Of a stretch of 64,000 bases of DNA, positions 1 to 13,300 are shown in pieces. The position numbers and the translations under genes were made by a program. The DNA is from Azolla caroliniana (lineage: Eukaryota; Plantae; Polypodiophyta): assembly GCA_043228905.1 (NCBI GenBank), contig JBHGNT010000017.1:11656001-11720000 (forward strand). The letters are read 5' to 3'. Numbering within the stretch: position 1 is the stretch's first letter; the number at the start of each line of letters is the position of its first letter. A model generated the notes under the pieces. That model was not told where the DNA came from. It did no database searches and saw nothing but the letters and a program-made list of their open reading frames with translations.

Positions 1-270
1 GCCTACACCATCCGGCTCTCCGCAGTAGGGTACTCCCCATCCGGTCCATACTGGGCCTACACCATCCGGCTCTCCGCACTCGGGTACTCCCCATCCGGTC
101 CATACCGGGCCTACACCATCCGGCTCTCCGCACTCGGGTACTCCCCATCCGGTCCATACCGGGCCTACACCATCCGGCTCTCCGCAGTCGGGTACTCCCC
201 ATCCGGTCCATACCGGGCCTACACCATCTGGCTCTCTGCAGTCGGGTACTCCCCATCCGGTTCATACCGT
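1..270. repeat. Tandem repeat, 54-bp unit, about 5 copies (runs off window start)
   Basis: Unit gcctacaccatccggctctccgca(c/g)tcgggtactccccatccggtccataccgg restarts at 1, 55, 109, 163, 217. Confidence 0.95.
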
Positions 271-357
271 TTCGGCCTCGACCGGTTGGCCTCGGCCGAG
301 TTTGTTCGTCGGCACTGTTCTTCTCCCTTCCCATCCGGAGGGACCTGTCTCCCAACA
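1..357 (-). mobile_element. 5' part of an LTR related to the copia B LTR, inserted in gag of gypsy A1
   Basis: Ends ...ccatccggagggacctgtctcccaaca (minus strand TGTTGGG...), matching the copia B LTR end ccatccggagggacctgtttcctaaca at ~3650-3677. Gypsy gag sequence starts right after 357. Confidence 0.75.
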
Positions 358-3154
358 ATACATTACCAACACCGGAACCAGAGTTGTCAAACCGGGAACC
401 CCTGGCACTAGACGTGGAGCAACCTCCAAAGACGGAAGAAGACAAAGAAAGACCTCCGACACCGGAAGTCGAGCCGGCAACACCAAAGGAAGACTGGCAA
501 AGACCTCCGACGCCGACGGAACAGCAGGAAAGACCACCGACACCGCCAGCCCGCGTACCGACACTGGACGACGACATGCCGTTCCAGTACTCCAAGTATA
601 GGGATGACCCGGGCGCGGAGGCTCATGTTCATGTGCTTAACAAACATGGGAGGCGAACCATGTGTCACAACGGTTAACCGTGGCCGAAGAGGAACGAACT
701 AAGATAGCCGAATTTGGCGTGACATTGGAAGGACCGACCGCTAGATGGCACTGGACGTAGGATCCCAGCACCATCACCACCTTTGCGGACTTGAAAAATA
801 AATTATTGCACCTCTTTCAGAAGGAGGTGGACCAGAGAGAAATGGTGGGCCTATTTTATACCATCCGGCAGGACCCTAGGGAGAGCATTCCGCAGTTTGT
901 CATCCGGTTTCAACGGATGCACAGTCAGCTTACCCGAACACCTCTGGAGGAAGAAACACGGGCTATATTCTTAGCCGCGCTCCGGGAACCTCTACGAACG
1001 GTATGCACGGTCATCAACTTTTGCACAGGCACCGTCGACCAGGTCATCGACCGGGTTAGAGAAATGGAGAAAACGAGCTCTTGGCTAACAATGGGAGCCC
1101 TCCAACGAGCGTTACCAACCGATGAGGATCTCCGGTTCTGGCAAGCAATCCAATGCACAACCTGCATGAATTCCGGACACTCGGCACTGGAGTGCACCAT
1201 GCGGACGCACTGCTTACTCTGCCAATCTATGAGCCACATGATGGACCGGTGCGAATATAACTTATTGAATCAGCAAGCACCACCAGTTTCAAATCGAGCC
1301 ACGTAGCAGCCGCGACGAAGAAGACGAACGCTGGCGGTGAGAGGAGCGATATCGACCGGCACAGGATGTCCGGTACAGCGATTGGCGAGACAACTATGAC
1401 CAGTACGAGAGATATGATAGGTACCTAGATTACAATGGACGGTACAAGCATTACAACCGGGATCACTCCCCCGGGTATCACCAACGACGGGAAGATTACA
1501 GGAGATATGAAGACCAACCCGTCAAGGGTACTGCAACAAAAAGAACTTTAATAAAAAACGGCATTTCAAAAAAGGGAACCACCCACGTGAACCGGAAAAA
1601 GGCGCCTCAAGCAGCCAGCCGGACCAAAGCCCCACGGTTACCACAGGTCCTCCATTGGGTACAGGAAACAATGCCGAATCCAGCAATACCTTAAAAGCAT
1701 ATTGCTATTATTGCCGGCAAGAAGGACATTATAGTAATCAATGTCCGGCAAAGAGCTATGACAAGTGACCGGCAGTAAACATGGTAGTCGCCGAAGTCGC
1801 AGACCTGCAGCAGGTTACCACAAGGTCGAAGGGCAAGACGACGGAATGGGAGACACAAGAGGCGATCCGGAAGCAGGCAACAGAATGGGTGAAAAAGGCA
1901 AATGAGCGAAACGTAGCAGAACTTGCGCAGCAAAAGGAGAACACCGAAGAGCTCGCCGGCAGCAGTCAGACCGAAAATGCGACATGGCAGGCATTGCAGG
2001 AGTGCCAAATCACGCTGCCATTAGGACGACTCCTGCAACTAGTGCCCAGATTCACAGAAGGACTCAAGATAGGCATGACGGCAGGAGAAACACCACCAAC
2101 ACCAACATTCTTCTCAAATCCGGAGGAGGGACCGGCGATGGTAGACACAAACAATCCGGCAATCACAACCATCATGAAGGGAAAGGAGTTACCCGGAACA
2201 GTAATAGATGGAGGATCCAACGTCAATGTGATTAGCCTCCGAACATGCACAACCTTGGTAATCCAAGAGTGGGAACCATGCCCGTTCTGGCTACGGATGG
2301 CGGATACAAGCTTAGTACGACCAACCGGCTTGATACGAGATTTGGAAGTAACAATCAGCGGCCACACATTTCGCATCTCGATAGTAGTGCTACAATTATA
2401 GGCACAAGGAGCTTACCCGCTATTGCTGGGGCGACCGTGGCTAAAAACGGTGCACATTAAACAAAACTGGAGAAAGAATATAATCACCTTCCGACGGGGA
2501 AAAGCAAAAGTACGAGTACCGACACAACCACGGACGGGTACCAGGAAGGAATTAACACCCCTATATGCCGAATGTGTCAATATGCTAGACGGATTAGCAG
2601 ACGAAGAGGTGGATCAATACTTGCAAGATAATCCGAAGATAGTACCCCTGTTCGAAATTGACATAGCTGAAGTCGTATCACCATACATACTGCCACCGGA
2701 TGGAGTGGACGAGGAACCAAATAAAGGAGTGACCCGGGAGCTACGGCAAGCACAAGAAGTGCTGGAAAATGAAATGGCCGTATCACAACAGGTTAAAGCA
2801 TCCCAACTAGAGGAGGTAAATCTAGGAACTACGGAAGAGGCGAGACCGGTGCAGATAGCCAAGGAAATGACTACGGAGAACAGAACGGCGATGATTACAC
2901 TTCTCAAAGAGTTTCAGGACGTGTTTGCCTGGTCCTACGAGGATATGAGAGGGCTCGATCCTCAGCTATATCAGCATCAGATACATTTGAGCAAAGACGC
3001 CAAACCGGTAGCACAGCGACGGTACCAGATGAATCCAAACTACGCCGCCAAAGTCAAGGAGGAAATTGACAAGTTGCTGAGAGTTGGCTTTATCCGTCCC
3101 GTAAAGAAATCCACAATGGCTGAGCCCGATAGTAGTCGTACCAAAGAAAAACGG
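358..3154 (+). mobile_element. Ty3/gypsy family A copy A1 (Athila-like), truncated and degenerate gag-PR-start of RT
   Basis: Pro-rich RPPTP repeats, retrotransposon gag (ORF 791-1306), CCHC knuckles, protease VIDGGSNVNVI, VFAWSYEDMRGLDP. Breaks after SPIVVVPKKNG at 3154. Colinear with A2 (48630-56850). Confidence 0.9.
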
Positions 3155-3677
3155 CCACAACCAGTTACTCATTTGTATATTCGTGTGCAAATAAATAACT
3201 ACTCAAATAGAAGACCAAACAGAAAACTAAAACAGAGAAAGACACAGAATTTATCGTGGAAATCCGAACTGGGAAAAACCACACGGAGTTCACAAACTCC
3301 GAAACAAAGCACTATGATAAAGAGAGTACAATGAGAAACTCGTAGGCAACAACCTTGAGGTCTCCTTCGTCAACAGACGGCTATGGAGCTACATTCCCAC
3401 TCTCTCTCTCTCTTGCTCACACTTACAGTTACACAGGCAACGGCCTGTTCTATACTATCTTACAAAAGACTCATCATCAGTCAACTAAAGTTTGCCCTAG
3501 TTGCATATATACTCAAACAACTTTCTCGCTATAGCCCACATGGGGCGCACATTCAGACAATTTACAAGTATAGTCTCCCGAGTTGGCTATATACACGATT
3601 CTGGTTTCAGCCTCGGCCGAGTCCCTCATCAACTTGGCTCCTCTCTCTCCCCATCCGGAGGGACCTGTTTCCTAACA
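3155..3677 (-). repeat. 3' LTR of copia B
   Basis: Minus strand reads PPT then TGTTAGG at 3677. Non-coding up to the junction with A1. Distal CA end not clearly seen. Confidence 0.75.
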
Positions 3678-6600
3678 ATCTCCCGCTTCACTCCGACAGG
3701 GGGTATTTCACCAATCCGACCCTTTGTCGGCACACACACAACTTTTCGGCTGGTAAAACCTTTGTCACCATGTCTGATCCATTTTCGGCTGTGTGAACCT
3801 TCACAGTGGCAAACTCCCCTTCTTCTACCCGTTCTCAGATCCAATGATATCTCCATTGGATGTGCTTTGTCCTCGAGTGGTAGGCAGCATTCTTCACAAG
3901 GTGGATGGCACTCTAATTATTGCAATCGAGTCGAAATTCTTTCTGCCCAATTTCCCCATAAATCCTTTCATCCATATGACTTCCTCTCCATATACTCGGC
4001 TTCCGTGGTCGACAATGCCACAGTCTTCTACAACCTCGATTGCCACAAGACATCTCCCCCTGCATACGTCATTACGTATCCGAACGTGGATCGGTTAGTA
4101 TCTACATCAGTCGAGATGTCTGAATCTGTGTATCCTTCCAGAATGGAGTTACCTATGCCGAAATGAAGACACAAGCTTGAGGTGCCTCTCAGGTACCGAA
4201 GTATCCACTTTACGGCAGCCCATTGCTCTTTTCCGGGGTTTCTCATATATCGGCTAACCACATCGACTGCATATCCTATGTCCAGCCTTGTACATACCAT
4301 CGCGTACATAAGGCTTCCGACCGCCGAGGTATAGGGAACTTTTGACATCTCAGCCTTCTCAGACTTCGATTTCGGACACTGTTCTTTGCTTAGCTTGTAG
4401 TTCATCGGCAGTGTCGAGCCGACTGGTTTTGCACTTTCCATGCCGAATCTCTGGAGTACCTTCGTCATGTACTTCTCTTGTGACAACCATAGCAATTTCT
4501 TTGTTCGATCTCGAACGATGTGCATACCCAGGATTTGCTTTGTTGGGCCCATATCTTTCATCGAGAATGACCTACTCAAGGCCTTCTTGAGTACTCAGAT
4601 CTTCATATGGTCCTATTTGACAATTAGCATGTTGTCCACATACAGCAGGAGGATGAGAAAATCTCCTCCCTCAAATTTCTTCACAAATACACAGTGGTCG
4701 ACCTGTGTTTTGTGATACCTATTATCATTTATGAAGGATTCGAATTTCCTGTACCATTGCCAGTGCCTGCTTTAACCCATACAATCTCTTTCTTAATCGG
4801 CATACCAGGTTTTCCTTATGTTTCTTTATGAATCCTTCTGGCTGGTACGTATATATCTCTTCCTCCAAATCTCCATGAAGGAAGGCAGTCTTGACGTCTA
4901 ATTGCTTGACTTCGAGGTCCATGATGGTCGCTATGCTCAACACTGTTCAGATTGACGTCATCTTCACGACCGGGGCAAATATCTCGTCGAAATCCACACC
5001 CTTCTTCTGCTGGAAGCCTTTCACGATGATTCGTGCTTTGTATTTGGGTGGATTTCCGCCATCTCCCAGTTTCAACTTGTATACCCACTTATTCCGTAGT
5101 GCCTTCTTCCCCACCGGCAACTCGGTCAGTTTGTATGTGTGGTTCTCATGCAAGGATTCCATTTCCTCTTGCATGGCACGCAACCACTCTCGGTTGTGGG
5201 TATTTTCCTTAGCTTCTTCGAAGCTTTCTGGCTCCCCTTCATTAGTAAGCAGTACACGCTCGTTATTCGGGAATCTTCGGGGGCCTCTTCTTTCTCTAAG
5301 GAGGTATCTTCAGCCTCCGTTTGGCACGGTCGGTTCTTCTTCGACCTCTTTGTCCAAGTCAATATCGGTTCCTTGCTTGGCCGACTCCCCTCGTTCCTCA
5401 ATCGGTTCTTGATTTTGCCGAGTGTTCATTCGGCTGACTATTTCGGACTCAATTTCAATCGAGTCAACTTCTACTCAATTCGGTCGAGTGTCGACTTGGC
5501 TCGATTCGGTAATAGGAGACTTATTCTCAATCTCCCAGTCGACAATCGTCTTTTCTTCCATAAAGACGATGTGTCAGCTTCTGATCACCTTCTTCTCGGC
5601 TAAGTCCCACAGTCGATATCCGAATTCGTCCTCGCCATAGGCAATAAATATAGAAGGCCGAGATTTCGGGTCCATCTTCCCCTCTGGTCCTTTGCCACAT
5701 GCACATAGGCAAGACAACCGAACACCCTCAAATGTCGGTATGACACATCTTTGCCACTCCACACCCTTTGTGGAATATCCCCGTCCAAGGGTACTAACGG
5801 TGATCGATTTATCACATACGTTGCCATCATCAGCGCCTCAGCCCAGAATGTCCTTTGTAACTTTGCATGTGCAAGCATGCTTCAGACTCTCTCTATTATG
5901 GTCCGGTTCATTCTCTTGGCCAACCCGTTAAGCTCTGGTGTCTTTGGCACGGTATACTCGGACCGGATTCCTTGATGTCGGCAGTATTCCTCGTACTCTC
6001 CGCCATTGTCTATTCGGACTGCCTTTAGCTTACAGTCGGTTTCTCTCTCGGCCCTCGCTTGGAACTCTTTGAAAACGGAGAACACTTGATCCTTCGTCTT
6101 CATCACGGAAGCTCACAACTTCCGGCTATAGTCATCTATAAAGGTCACGAAATACTGTGAACCCATATGCGACTTCGTGTCGACGTAGCATACGTCTGTA
6201 TGCACGAGTTCCATGGGCACCTTCTTCCTCATCGGGGGCCTTGCTTGAAAAGATGTTTGATTTTGCTTACCAGTCAAGCAATCTGTGCACTTCTCAAGTA
6301 GCACATTCTTCACCTTTGGAATGAGGTTATCCTCGGCAGGCTTCCGCATCCACTTTTGGCTCATATGGCACAATCTCTTATGCCACAGTTCTCCAACACT
6401 CTCGGCTGCCATGTTTTCTTCCCCTCAGCACAACCAAGCATTCATTACGAAGAGTATGTTGGTTTTCTAGGCTCTAGCCACGATCAGGCTCCCCTTGTAG
6501 AACTTCATGACACCGTTCCTTATGCTACCCGTGTAGCCTTTGTCATCTAGTGGACCAGCTGATATCAAGTTCAGTCGAACTTCCGGAACGTGTCGCACAT

Positions 6601-7512
6601 CTCTCAACACAAGTCTACACCCGGTTGGGGTCACCAAACACATGTCACCTATGCCGATGATTCGGCAAGCTCCTTCATTTCCCATCTTTAAAGATCCGAG
6701 ATCTCCGGCTCTATAGGATGAGAAGCATTTCCGGTCAGGGGTTAGGTGAAACGACACACCTGAATCGACCACCCATGTGGATTCGTCGCCGACAAGGTTC
6801 ACTTCGTTCTACTCGTCAATGAGCAGCAACTCCTCCTCACTTGTCGCGATCACCGAGGTGTTCCTGCTTTCCAAAATCTTTTTTGGATGAACACTATCGG
6901 CTCCCCCATTTTCCTTTTGGAAATGTCGGCAATTCGTTTGGAAGCGCCCCGGCTTCCCACAATAGAAGCACGTAGGTCTCCCCCTTGACTTTGACCTGTC
7001 CCCGACTTATCTCAGTTCTGGGTACTTCGATTTCGGCTCCTTCCTCTATCCACATCACCTTGTGTGATTAGAGCCTTCTGGTCGGTATTGGACTCTCGGT
7101 CCTTCCTACGAGCTTCTTCATTCAGCAAGCTCGACTTCACTTGGTCTAGGGATAGTTGTTTCCCTTCCGGTCCCGAGTTGCCTAGTGTGACAACAAGCGT
7201 CTCCCAGCTGTTCGGAAGGGATCCAAGTAACAATAGTGCAAATACTTCATCAGCAAGAGGTACTTCTAGAGAGGTTGTCTGGTTCATCAATCCTTGGAAG
7301 GTATTGATGTGTTCCGCCATGCTGGAGCCATCCTGATACCGAAGTCTCACGATTTTCCTGAATATTGAGACTTTATTCAAAGCGTTCTTGTTTTCAAACA
7401 TGACGCCAATATTCTACCATAGGAAATCTACTTTTGTTTCTTCGCCAAAGTTGTTGTATAGACTCATGTCTATAAAACATCTAATATATGCGGTCGCTTT
7501 CAGATGCAACAT
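3155..7512 (-). mobile_element. Ty1/copia element B, degenerate, gag interrupted by element C
   Basis: Minus-strand fragments in copia order: gag (7012-7401), PR WVVDSG (6467-6802), LWHKRLCH/HTDVC and DNGGEY integrase, RT QLDVKTAFLHG, RNase H YTDSD. PPT aagcgggagat next to the LTR. Confidence 0.92.
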
Positions 7513-8515
7513 TGTCGTGAAGGATTTGCTTCACGATATAAAAATAAACTTAAATATTGTATTCAATAAAATTTCAAACACTTGAACCCACAACCTAATA
7601 AAACAAGCACAATCTACATACCATTAGGGTAGGCTATTTGTTTTCAAAAATGCCTTCATGAATGTACTCGCTATTTAAAACTAAACCTAAATATTGTATT
7701 AAGTAAAATTGAGGGACTTGAACCCTCAACCTTGTATACCAAGCACAAAGCATACACCACTAAGTTAGGTTACTTGTTTTAAAATTATATATCCATTATT
7801 ATACTTATCCTATATTATTTTCATACATGGGAGCTTAGATGCATGATGGCTATCATGCATCACATGCAATGCATGTGCGCCAAATGGCAATCATGCATCA
7901 CATGCATTTCATGCATGCCATGTATGTTATGCACCCGCACATTATCATTTGCATGGGAACAAATATATAAAGAGGGGGAAGGAAAGTAAGAAAGCATCAA
8001 GAAAGGGAAAGTTAGAAAACAAAAGAATCAAATAAACAAGTTAGCTCATTGGGAAGAGGTTCAAGTTGCGAAGCTAGAATCAAGGGATCAAATCTACAAT
8101 TTGGTCGATGAAAGAAAAGTAAGAAGGAATCAAGAAAGGGAAAGTTAGAAAAGAAAAGAATCAAATAAACAAGTTAGCTCATTGGGAAGAGGTTCATGTT
8201 GCGAAGCTAGAATCAAGGGATCAAATCTACAATTTGGTCGATGAAAGAAAAGTCGCATCTTGTGATCGACATTGTAACTTTCGTAAACTCTTGAGTTTTT
8301 AATATAATACATATTCTTATCATAAGTCATGTTAATATCATATACTATAATTGCTTCTTAAATCATACATTGTCTCTATCTTTTTATCTATACTCGTCTC
8401 TCGATCATGTATTACTTTTATTCTTCTTCTTCCTATCCTTAATCTTCCTAATATCAATACACAAAGCCACATTAGTCCCTGCGACTTTGCCACACGAACC
8501 ACAACTACCCCGACA
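7513..8515 (+). repeat. 5' LTR of element C (~1 kb) with an internal 133-bp tandem duplication at 7983-8253
   Basis: 5-bp terminal inverted repeat TGTCG/CGACA. First ~315 bp recur (with a deletion) at 13716-13981. TATA-like aatatataaa near 7962. Confidence 0.9.
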
Positions 8516-8519
8516 CATT

Positions 8520-8537
8520 TGGTGAACCCGACGTGAA
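8520..8537 (+). promoter_or_regulatory. Primer-binding site complementary to tRNA-Trp 3' end
   Basis: TGGTGAACCCGACGTGAA is the reverse complement of ...UUCACGUCGGGUUCACCA (plant cytosolic tRNA-Trp, recalled). 4 nt after the LTR end. Confidence 0.85.
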
Positions 8538-10308
8538 GGCGGTGTCAAGGAAAACTGGAGGAGCAAATGAGGCTTATGTGTACGATGATGGAACGAATGA
8601 TGCAAGAGCAAGGGATGATGGCAAGCATCGACAAAGCCGTCAACAATATTCTCACACGAGTAGGAATCTTCGAAGGTATAAATTTAACAAGATTTCTAAA
8701 GAGTTACAATGAAGAAATGCTTAAATGTGGTGTCGACGAAGCTGCCAAAATTAATAGCTTTAGTCGAGTTACTGCGATTGGGCTACAACAAAGGATCTAG
8801 GAGCTACAAAGGGAGCATCAGACATGGGCAACTTTCGAAAGAGCATTATTGAATGAATACAACCTCAACGATATGTCAAGGATGACAAGGCGAGCTTTCA
8901 TGGATTGGGTAGAATCTAATAAATATTTAAGTGTTTTGGAAGTATTAAAGAGTTTTCTGAAAGATTTGAGCAATTAAATGTTAGAGATAGAAATATAATA
9001 GCGCCAGATAAAGTAATATTGTTTCTACAAGCTACTAATATTAAAGACAGGAAGGACTTGAGAATGCTTTTGGGAGATTAGAATAGTCTGAGTGGACTTA
9101 CTGAAGAATGGGAGGAGGTGAAAAGGGCTTGCGCCCATTTCTGTAAAAGAACGTTATGGTTTATGGAGTTGTAGGAGAGAAATGAAGAAGAAACGAGGTC
9201 CGAAGGTGTATGTGGTGTGATAGTATCGACCCCCAGAAGAAAGATTGTCAAGAGCATAGGGATGCTCTTAATCATAATAAAATCTACTATCAAGATGGCA
9301 AGATTCACTCGACAGAGACTCGACAACCACTTCAACTCAACTTCGGGTGAGGTGGAATGAAAAAGCTAATGGAAGATGTCGAGAGAGAAACTACTCAAGC
9401 GATACAATCCGTGGCAACCTTAGGGTTGCACGTAGAAGACTCATATGGTGGATCTGGCTTTTAGTAAGATGTGATGGATTATGCAAGAAAGGGGAAGGTT
9501 CGAATGGATGAATTAAAAAGAGCAGGAGATGAAATATGAAACTTCACTGAATGGAATGATCTAGTAGACATGCTATCAGCATTCGCCCAAGTGAATGCAA
9601 AGAGGTACTAGTGGAAGAGAAGCGAAAGAGAGTTGAGGAGGCTGATCCGGCAAAGAAACATGAGACATGAGAACAAAAGAAAAGGGAGATGGAAAAGGGT
9701 GCTACTGAGCCAAAGGAAGCTGATAAAGTGAAAGGGAAGACAGACTCATCTTTCAAGCTTGCCTCAGACATAGAAACAAAGACAGATATAAAAAAGGTAC
9801 TAGAAACAAGAATATTAAATAGTAAGGTAGAATTTACTTGGGCTCGAGCAACAACTGAGGCGCTTGCAAAAATTGGGGAGCAACAAATTCCATGTATTGC
9901 TTTGATCGATCATGGACTGGAGATTAACATGATGTCATCATAATTTTACGCTCGAGGACGGTGGCCAATCGACAAGAATCATGGGTGGAAGATAAGATCT
10001 GCCACAGAGACCATGGAAGATTTATTCGGAGCATGTCCCAGTGTGAAGGTAACAATTGGTGATGTGTCGGTGAATCAAAATTTCTTTGTGCAGGATCGAT
10101 CAAGCTACCTCATCATCCTTGGTCAGCCTTACATCACCACAGTAAGGATGGAAACAAAGGTGATTGATGATGGTTCGGCTTTCACAAGAATCAAGAGTCA
10201 AGATGGAAGGAAGACTATCCAATTCTTAACTGTGAGGCCCAACCATGAAAGAAACAAAGAATGCTTGAGGGAACATCCAATTTGAGAGATGGATGAAGAG
10301 TTTTCCCA

Positions 10309-13300
10309 GGATTTTTAGATAGGGCTTTTACAGGTAGGGGTTGTGATAGCCCGAACATAAAAGAAAACCCCATGAATAATAATGTAAATAAAGATATTCC
10401 TTGTACAACCTCATCTAATGGTGCTGCTTTTATACTAAAAGTAAATAATAATAAAATACAAAATGCTTTCGAGTACTTTAAAGGTTCTGGATTAATAGAT
10501 GATGATGAAGAAATTCAAGATATGTTTGAAGAATTAAGTTTTGAAGATATAATAACTCATTTGGAAGCAATGGAAGACAACAACAAAATCCAAGTTCCTG
10601 TCCATTCAATCAAGATGTATGAGATCATTGAAGAAGTTGCTCGAAAGGATCATGAATCACATGTGCTGACAAAGTACAAGACAATGGAGATGAAGATTCG
10701 TCCTATTGCTGCTCCACTTCCAGGGGATAGTGAAAAGGCAATCAAAAAAGCAGCCACAGAGCCAATGATCAGAGACCCACGAAAGGTGGGACATGTGTTT
10801 ACTCCGGAAACAATACAAGGGATAAAAATAGGAGGGGGTGACTTCTTATTACCTATTGAAGGAAAGCAAATCGGCGAGATGTTAAAAAGGCATGGAAAGG
10901 TGTTCGCATTCCAACTTGAGGAAATAGGGTGTGTGGATCTAGAAATTGTGGAGCCCATGGTTATATTCACTATCCCTCATATTCCATGGAACTTTAAGCC
11001 AATACCCATGCCTAGGGCTAGAATCCCTCAACTATTAGAACTTCTGAAAGAAAAGATAAGGATGGGTATCTTGGAACCATCAAACACTCCTTACTCGAGT
11101 CGATGCTTCACTGTGTTAAAGAAAGATGGGCGACCCCGATTTATCCAAGATATGCAACCCGTGAATAAGGTAACAATCAGAAACTCGGGAGTAGGGCCAA
11201 TTGTGGATGAGTTTGTTGAGATGTTTGCAGGAAGAGCTATATATTCAATGGGAGACCTTTATTCCGGGTATGATCAATTTCCACTTGCTATCAAAAGTCG
11301 AGATATAACTTCTATCAAGACACCTATAGGGCTAGTACGGATTTGTACCTTGCTGCAAGGAGCAACCAACTCAGTGGCACATATGATGAATGGAATGAAT
11401 AAGGTACTTTGTGATTTTACTCCTCATATTACAATGCCTTTTTTAGATGATGTTCCAATTAAGGGATGCAAGGAGGAAGAGAAGAACTAGGAATTGGACG
11501 AAAGTGGTTGCCGTCAATTCGTTGTTGACCATATCAAGGATTGTGAGAAGGTACTATTAAGGATGGAAGAAGTGCATTTGACCTTATCAAGGGCGAAGTC
11601 AATATTTGGACCAAAAGAGATATTAATAGTTGGTCATATGTGTGGCCCGTACGGGAGAAAGCCATCCCCAACGAAGGTCAATCCAATTCAAAATATGCAA
11701 GAGGAATGTACATCCGTCTCAGAAGTACGAAGGTTTCTAGGGGTATGTGTTTTTTACTGTAAATGGATTCCGCATTATGCCCATTTATCTTAACCTTTAT
11801 ATAGACTACTAAGAAAAGGAGAGACATTTGAATGGAGTGAAGAGCATTCAGAGGCAATGAAGAAATTGAAGTACTACTTGGCACAAGCTCCACCATTAAA
11901 GCAACCTGACTACACCTGGCCCATATATCTCACAATAGACTCTAGTCCCATTGGAATTGGATGGGTGATAAGCCAACAAGATGGGGAAGAAAGGTATCCA
12001 GTCCGATTCGGAGCAAAGGTTCTTAGTGGTCGACAAAGAAAATATGTACAGGTGAGAAGAGACCTAAGGGGGATAGTCACAGAAGTAAAGACAGACAAAG
12101 ATTACTTAATTGGTGTTGAAGTAATAATAGAAACAAATTGTTTGCCTATTCTTGGTATCATAGCTAATTGTGATATTCCAGATCAAGCCATGTTAAGATG
12201 GTGTATCTATATTAGATCAGTCAACCCTGAAGTTAGACATATCTCTGGGAATAGAAATGCAGTAGTAGATATGTTATCAAGAGCAAGGTATAAGGAAGAG
12301 GAGATTCTAGACTTGGACAAAGAACAACCAGTCCTTGCCACAAGCATTACCCGAGAAGGAAGAATGCAGTTTCTAGAAGAGGAGTATGAAGAAGAATTCA
12401 AGGAAATAGGGAAATACCTACAAACCCTTGACAAGTACAAAGGTTGATCTAGAAAAGAGTTCGCGCAGTTTCGCAAGACATCCAAAAACCAAGACTGGAA
12501 ACCCGCAAAGAGTAACAGGTTCTGAAGTGCAAAGAAAGGAGGTAATGAGAGAGTTGCATGACAAAGAATGGGTTGGTCATCGAGGAGTGTGGGCCACTTT
12601 TAGTAAGATTAAAGAACGGTTTTGGTGGCCTTGATACTATGAGGAAATAAAGAAGTATGTGGAAACTTGTCCCACTTGTCAATATTCTTCAAATATAAAA
12701 TTTTGTGATGAGTTAAACCCAACATACTCACTGGGGGTGCATTACAAGTGGATGATAGATTTGGTAACAATGCCACTTGGAGTAGGAAAAAAGAGATACT
12801 TGGTTCTTGCAAGAGAAGATCTAACAAATCAAGTGGAAGGACATGCACTGCGAACAAAAGGAACATTAGGAGTATGTCAATTCATCTTGGAGGACATTGT
12901 TTGTAGATATGGATGTATCGGGAAGATAGTGGCAGATAGGGGAGACCTCAATTCTACGGATGTTCAAGATTTTTTTGACAAAGTAGGAATTCGGCTTTCT
13001 TTGACAACAGCATACAATCCGAAAGCTAATGGGAAGATAGAAAGGGGACATGGGCCAATAGTCAAAGCTTTGGCAAAGGCATGTAAAGGACAAGTTAGTG
13101 ATTGGCCAAAAATCTTACCTTATGTATTGTGGGCTTATAGGACAACTCACATCACTGTTACTAAATATATACATGTTGAATTAATCATGGGACAGAAGCC
13201 AATAATGCCAATTGAAGAAAAGATAACTGCATGGGTTGTGTTACCTTGGGAATCAGAAATGAGTAGAGAAGATTTACTTGCTATCCGGATACGACAAATT

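Noticed and set aside
1-270. Regular repeats resembling a CRISPR array or an 18-aa repeat gene
   Set aside because: Head-to-tail units with no unique spacers, eukaryotic LTR context, and a stop codon in the first unit.
2423-3334. 303-aa ORF with a novel-looking C-terminus
   Set aside because: Chimeric read-through from the A1 RT start into the copia B LTR.
7570-7775. Real tRNA genes in LTR C or at 46350-46415
   Set aside because: Only A/B boxes and a T-arm are present. Acceptor and anticodon stems do not form, so they are reported as tRNA-like motifs only.
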